Below, one piece after another: positions 39,118 through 41,389 of a stretch of DNA of 41,389 bases (positions are counted from its first letter, which is position 1; the number at the start of each line of letters is the position of its first letter). A program made the translations under genes and the position numbers. A model generated the notes under the pieces. That model worked only from the letters and a program-made list of their open reading frames with translations, ran no database searches and was not told where the DNA came from. Source of the DNA: a virus; the IMG/VR virus record IMGVR_UViG_3300044257_000012; one strand, given 5' to 3'.

Positions 39118-39846
39118 TTAGAACGTCACCGCGGTCGTGTTGCGAACACCGTTCACGAAGAACGTCGTGCTGGTGATCGTGCCCGTAGTGACCACGCGCA
39201 GATAACGTCGCACGGTTCCCGTCACCGCGATGCGCTCGCTCGTGATCGCCGCCGTCGACGTGAACGCCGCGCCCGACAGTGCGGCGAACGTGACGTTGTC
39301 AGCGCTGTCCTCGATACTCACCACCACGGACGTTCCCGTGAAAGCCGTCAGGTGCAGATAGAACTGAGCGCCGAACGCGCTGGAAGCCGTCCCGTCGACG
39401 CCGGTTCCGTTCGTGGCCGCAGTGTCCGTGCGCAGTCCGGCGGTGAGCTGAGTGCCCCACTCGATCCCGTACGCGTTGGACTGCGCGGACACCGCGAACG
39501 ACAGCGAACCGTCAGCCGCGCGCGTCCCGTCGTACCCGATCTGCTTTGCCACGCACGACGCTGCCGGATTGCCGAGAGTCGTGCCGCGTCCGTATGTGGT
39601 GATGACGTCCGTGGTCGGCAGGGACGCGAGGCGCGGGTGGGACTGGCCGGCCGCGGGGTTGAACCAGGAGGAGAACTCCAGCGCGCCCGTACGCAGTCCA
39701 CCGACCCGACCGTATCCCGACTGGGTGATGTCGGTCAGATCGAGAGCGGCAGGCCCCCCGGCGATGCGCTGAATCGAACCGATGTTCCCCGACAGGTCAT
39801 AGGCACCCACATACAGGCGATCGCCGAGCCCGGACTGTTTTGCCAC
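39118..39846 (-). CDS. putative major tail protein
   Basis: 242 aa, Gly/Thr/Ala-rich. GTG start with AGGGGTAAG upstream. Position after the connector genes. Confidence 0.6.
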   Translation of the reverse strand: MAKQSGLGDRLYVGAYDLSGNIGSIQRIAGGPAALDLTDITQSGYGRVGGLRTGALEFSSWFNPAAGQSHPRLASLPTTDVITTYGRGTTLGNPAASCVAKQIGYDGTRAADGSLSFAVSAQSNAYGIEWGTQLTAGLRTDTAATNGTGVDGTASSAFGAQFYLHLTAFTGTSVVVSIEDSADNVTFAALSGAAFTSTAAITSERIAVTGTVRRYLRVVTTGTITSTTFFVNGVRNTTAVTF

Positions 39847-39849
39847 GGC

Positions 39850-40305
39850 TTACCCCTGAATCCAAGCATCGTTCACGATTATCGGGATGGTGATGTCCAT
39901 GATGCGGTATGTGGCGTCGCCGAGCTTCTGGTAGCTCGCACGGGCACGTAGCGCGGCACCGTGCGCACCCATCACATCGACGTTTCGCGCGTTGCCGCCC
40001 AGGTCGAGATCCCCGGTGTACGCCTCGAAGAGATCATCGCAAGCATCGGCCAGGGACCGATCGATCAGGCCCTCGGGCTGAGACATGAACGGCTTGTAGA
40101 TCCGCCCGGTCAGCTCGACTCTGGCCGACGTCGCCGTCAACCCGGATGCCGCGCGGGCGGGCCCGAGGTCCGACAGGAACACGGCGTACGTCAGATCGCC
40201 GTCGGGGGCGGACTTAGGCTCGAAGGGCAACACCGCGTCAAAGTGCCCCGAAGCGAACGCGTGCGAGACAACCGCGTTGATCAATGCCGTGATCCCGATC
40301 GTCAT
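39850..40305 (-). CDS. putative tail terminator / connector protein
   Basis: 151-aa ORF with TGATG overlap with the upstream gene. The call is positional. Confidence 0.5.
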   Translation of the reverse strand: MTIGITALINAVVSHAFASGHFDAVLPFEPKSAPDGDLTYAVFLSDLGPARAASGLTATSARVELTGRIYKPFMSQPEGLIDRSLADACDDLFEAYTGDLDLGGNARNVDVMGAHGAALRARASYQKLGDATYRIMDITIPIIVNDAWIQG

Positions 40306-40682
40306 CAGCCCATCCTCTTCACGTAAGGGCTGGTGACGGACTGTGCGACGTCGCCGGCGCGCACGCGCAGCAACTCCGTCGCAATCTCGAAAGTGCGGTA
40401 GCCCTTGAACCGGGTGGCGGGGAAGTTGCGCGAGCCCTTGCCTTCAAGCCACCAATGGTAGATCACGTTTTCGCCGGTCACCTTCATATGACCGGCGAAA
40501 GGCTCGTCTCGAATCTTCGATGAATAGAATCCTGTCGGATTCTTCAGTACCTGACTGAGGCGTTGGCGCACCACCGACACCCCTTCGCCGGCAACCTCGC
40601 GCTCGATCTCCCTGCATAGGTGTTCGGCAGCGACGGCGGCCTGTCCGTCGAACAGTGGACCCCTCGCGTCCATCGCCTTCAC
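40305..40682 (-). CDS. head-tail connector protein (HK97 gp10-like)
   Basis: 125 aa. The TGFYSSKI and WWLEGKGSRNFP region resembles the gp10 family. The start is GTG 40682 or ATG 40673. Confidence 0.55.
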   Translation of the reverse strand: MKAMDARGPLFDGQAAVAAEHLCREIEREVAGEGVSVVRQRLSQVLKNPTGFYSSKIRDEPFAGHMKVTGENVIYHWWLEGKGSRNFPATRFKGYRTFEIATELLRVRAGDVAQSVTSPYVKRMG

Positions 40683-40722
40683 CGCCTCTCACCAGCATAG
40701 GAACGATCAAACGAATGCTACC

Positions 40723-41389
40723 TCAAATGGCGCGATGGCGGATTCGCCCGTACGCGGCCAGCAGCCGCGCCTCAAGCGCGGCGATGCCCACCGCGCCGAC
40801 GTCCGTGGCGGTCGGCTGCCGCTCACCGCGGATGTGCGCGAGCGAACTGGCGTAGCCGACGTTCTCTTGTGACCGCTGGTCGATCGCATACGCCACGGTG
40901 AGTTGCTCAACCATCGGGGGTGGGAAGTAAATCGAGATCGCGTCGCCCGACGAGTGACTAGCGGCCGTCGTGCCGAGCGCCCCGCGATCGATGTCGCACG
41001 AGCGAGCCCAGTACACCGTGGCTCCGGACGAGTGGGCGGCCAGAGTCGAGCCGCCCACTGCACGCTGAACGGTCAGCACGTTTCCTGAGATGTCGCGAAT
41101 CAACATGCGCTCACTGTCGATCAAGATCTCTTCTCGGGCCAGGAACGCGGAGCCGGTGGCCACGGTGATGGACGAGTCCGCCGCACTGGCCGTCAAGGCA
41201 CTGGCCGTCTGCGCGGACGTGACCCACGAACGAGCGGTCACCATCACCCGCTCGCTGCCGATCAGCACGATGGACCCGACGCCGGTCGGGGCATTGAGGG
41301 TGAGCGTGCTCGTGCTGCTCGTCGCCGTCGTCCCCAGGGTCCACGCGGTGCGCGTGCGATCACCGCCGACAACGCCCCAGATTCCGCCG
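40723..41389 (-). CDS. virion-module protein, C-terminal part (same gene as 1..531 across the junction)
   Basis: ORF 40723..41268 has no convincing start and stays open to the window edge. It joins in frame to 1..531 through the 127-bp overlap. Confidence 0.6.
   Translation of the reverse strand, partial: GGIWGVVGGDRTRTAWTLGTTATSSTSTLTLNAPTGVGSIVLIGSERVMVTARSWVTSAQTASALTASAADSSITVATGSAFLAREEILIDSERMLIRDISGNVLTVQRAVGGSTLAAHSSGATVYWARSCDIDRGALGTTAASHSSGDAISIYFPPPMVEQLTVAYAIDQRSQENVGYASSLAHIRGERQPTATDVGAVGIAALEARLLAAYGRIRHRAI
41263..41389. repeat. 127-bp segment identical to 1..127
   Basis: See 1..127. Confidence 0.95.

Noticed and set aside
1-41389. Integrase, excisionase, partition or other lysogeny-maintenance genes, rRNA, and a complete CRISPR array.
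   Set aside because: None of the ORFs shows tyrosine- or serine-recombinase, ParA/ParB or Cas-like motifs by eye. Absence cannot be proven without HMM searches.

Overview
This window is a complete, circularly closed genome of a high-GC tailed phage. Nt 1-127 are identical to nt 41263-41389, so the unique length is 41,262 bp and one virion gene spans the junction. The virion module is of the HK97/siphovirus type. The host is probably an actinomycete: several starts look leaderless, DUF397 and GerE/LuxR-type genes are present, and codon third positions are GC-rich.

Layout:
- Minus strand 20230->13334: early and replication genes. These are a small ORF, an AEP primase-polymerase with a DUF3987 P-loop domain, an iteron plus AT-rich putative origin, a RusA resolvase, Zn-ribbon proteins, and the small and large terminase.
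- Minus strand 13298->8488: an island of about 15 tiny genes in at least six promoter/terminator-bounded units, wedged between terminase and portal.
- Minus strand 8381->4511: portal, two small ORFs, ClpP-like prohead protease, major capsid protein.
- 2813-4533: a plus-strand two-unit cassette (minimal ATP-dependent ligase and others) bounded by duplicated promoter and terminator copies.
- Minus strand 2779->1 and, across the junction, 41389->31236: virion proteins, connectors, tail tube, G/G-T chaperones with a CCCTTTG slip site, tape measure, a 941-aa tail protein, endolysin, holin.
- Plus strand 20568-31023: rightward early operons. These carry a GerE/LuxR HTH, an XRE HTH, an SF2 helicase, a PD-(D/E)xK exonuclease, a permuted papain-like hydrolase, DUF397 and many micro-genes.

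The most unusual item is the helicase. A 330-codon intein splits motif II (DE|CH). Its endonuclease is not in frame: a DUF559/Vsr-like nuclease gene with its own ribosome-binding site lies in the +1 frame, overlapping the open intein frame for about 650 nt.

Other notable items:
- a 33-bp x 12 tandem repeat encoding an 11-residue-repeat protein
- a conserved GAGGGGCGA element upstream of many starts
- a family of TTGCGN-N17-TAGANT promoters, several placed 6-7 nt from an ATG (candidate leaderless mRNAs)
- direct repeats flanking gene cassettes
- two tRNA-like fragments

No integrase, partition system, complete tRNA, rRNA or CRISPR array was recognised. All functional calls rest on motif recognition by eye; no database search was run.
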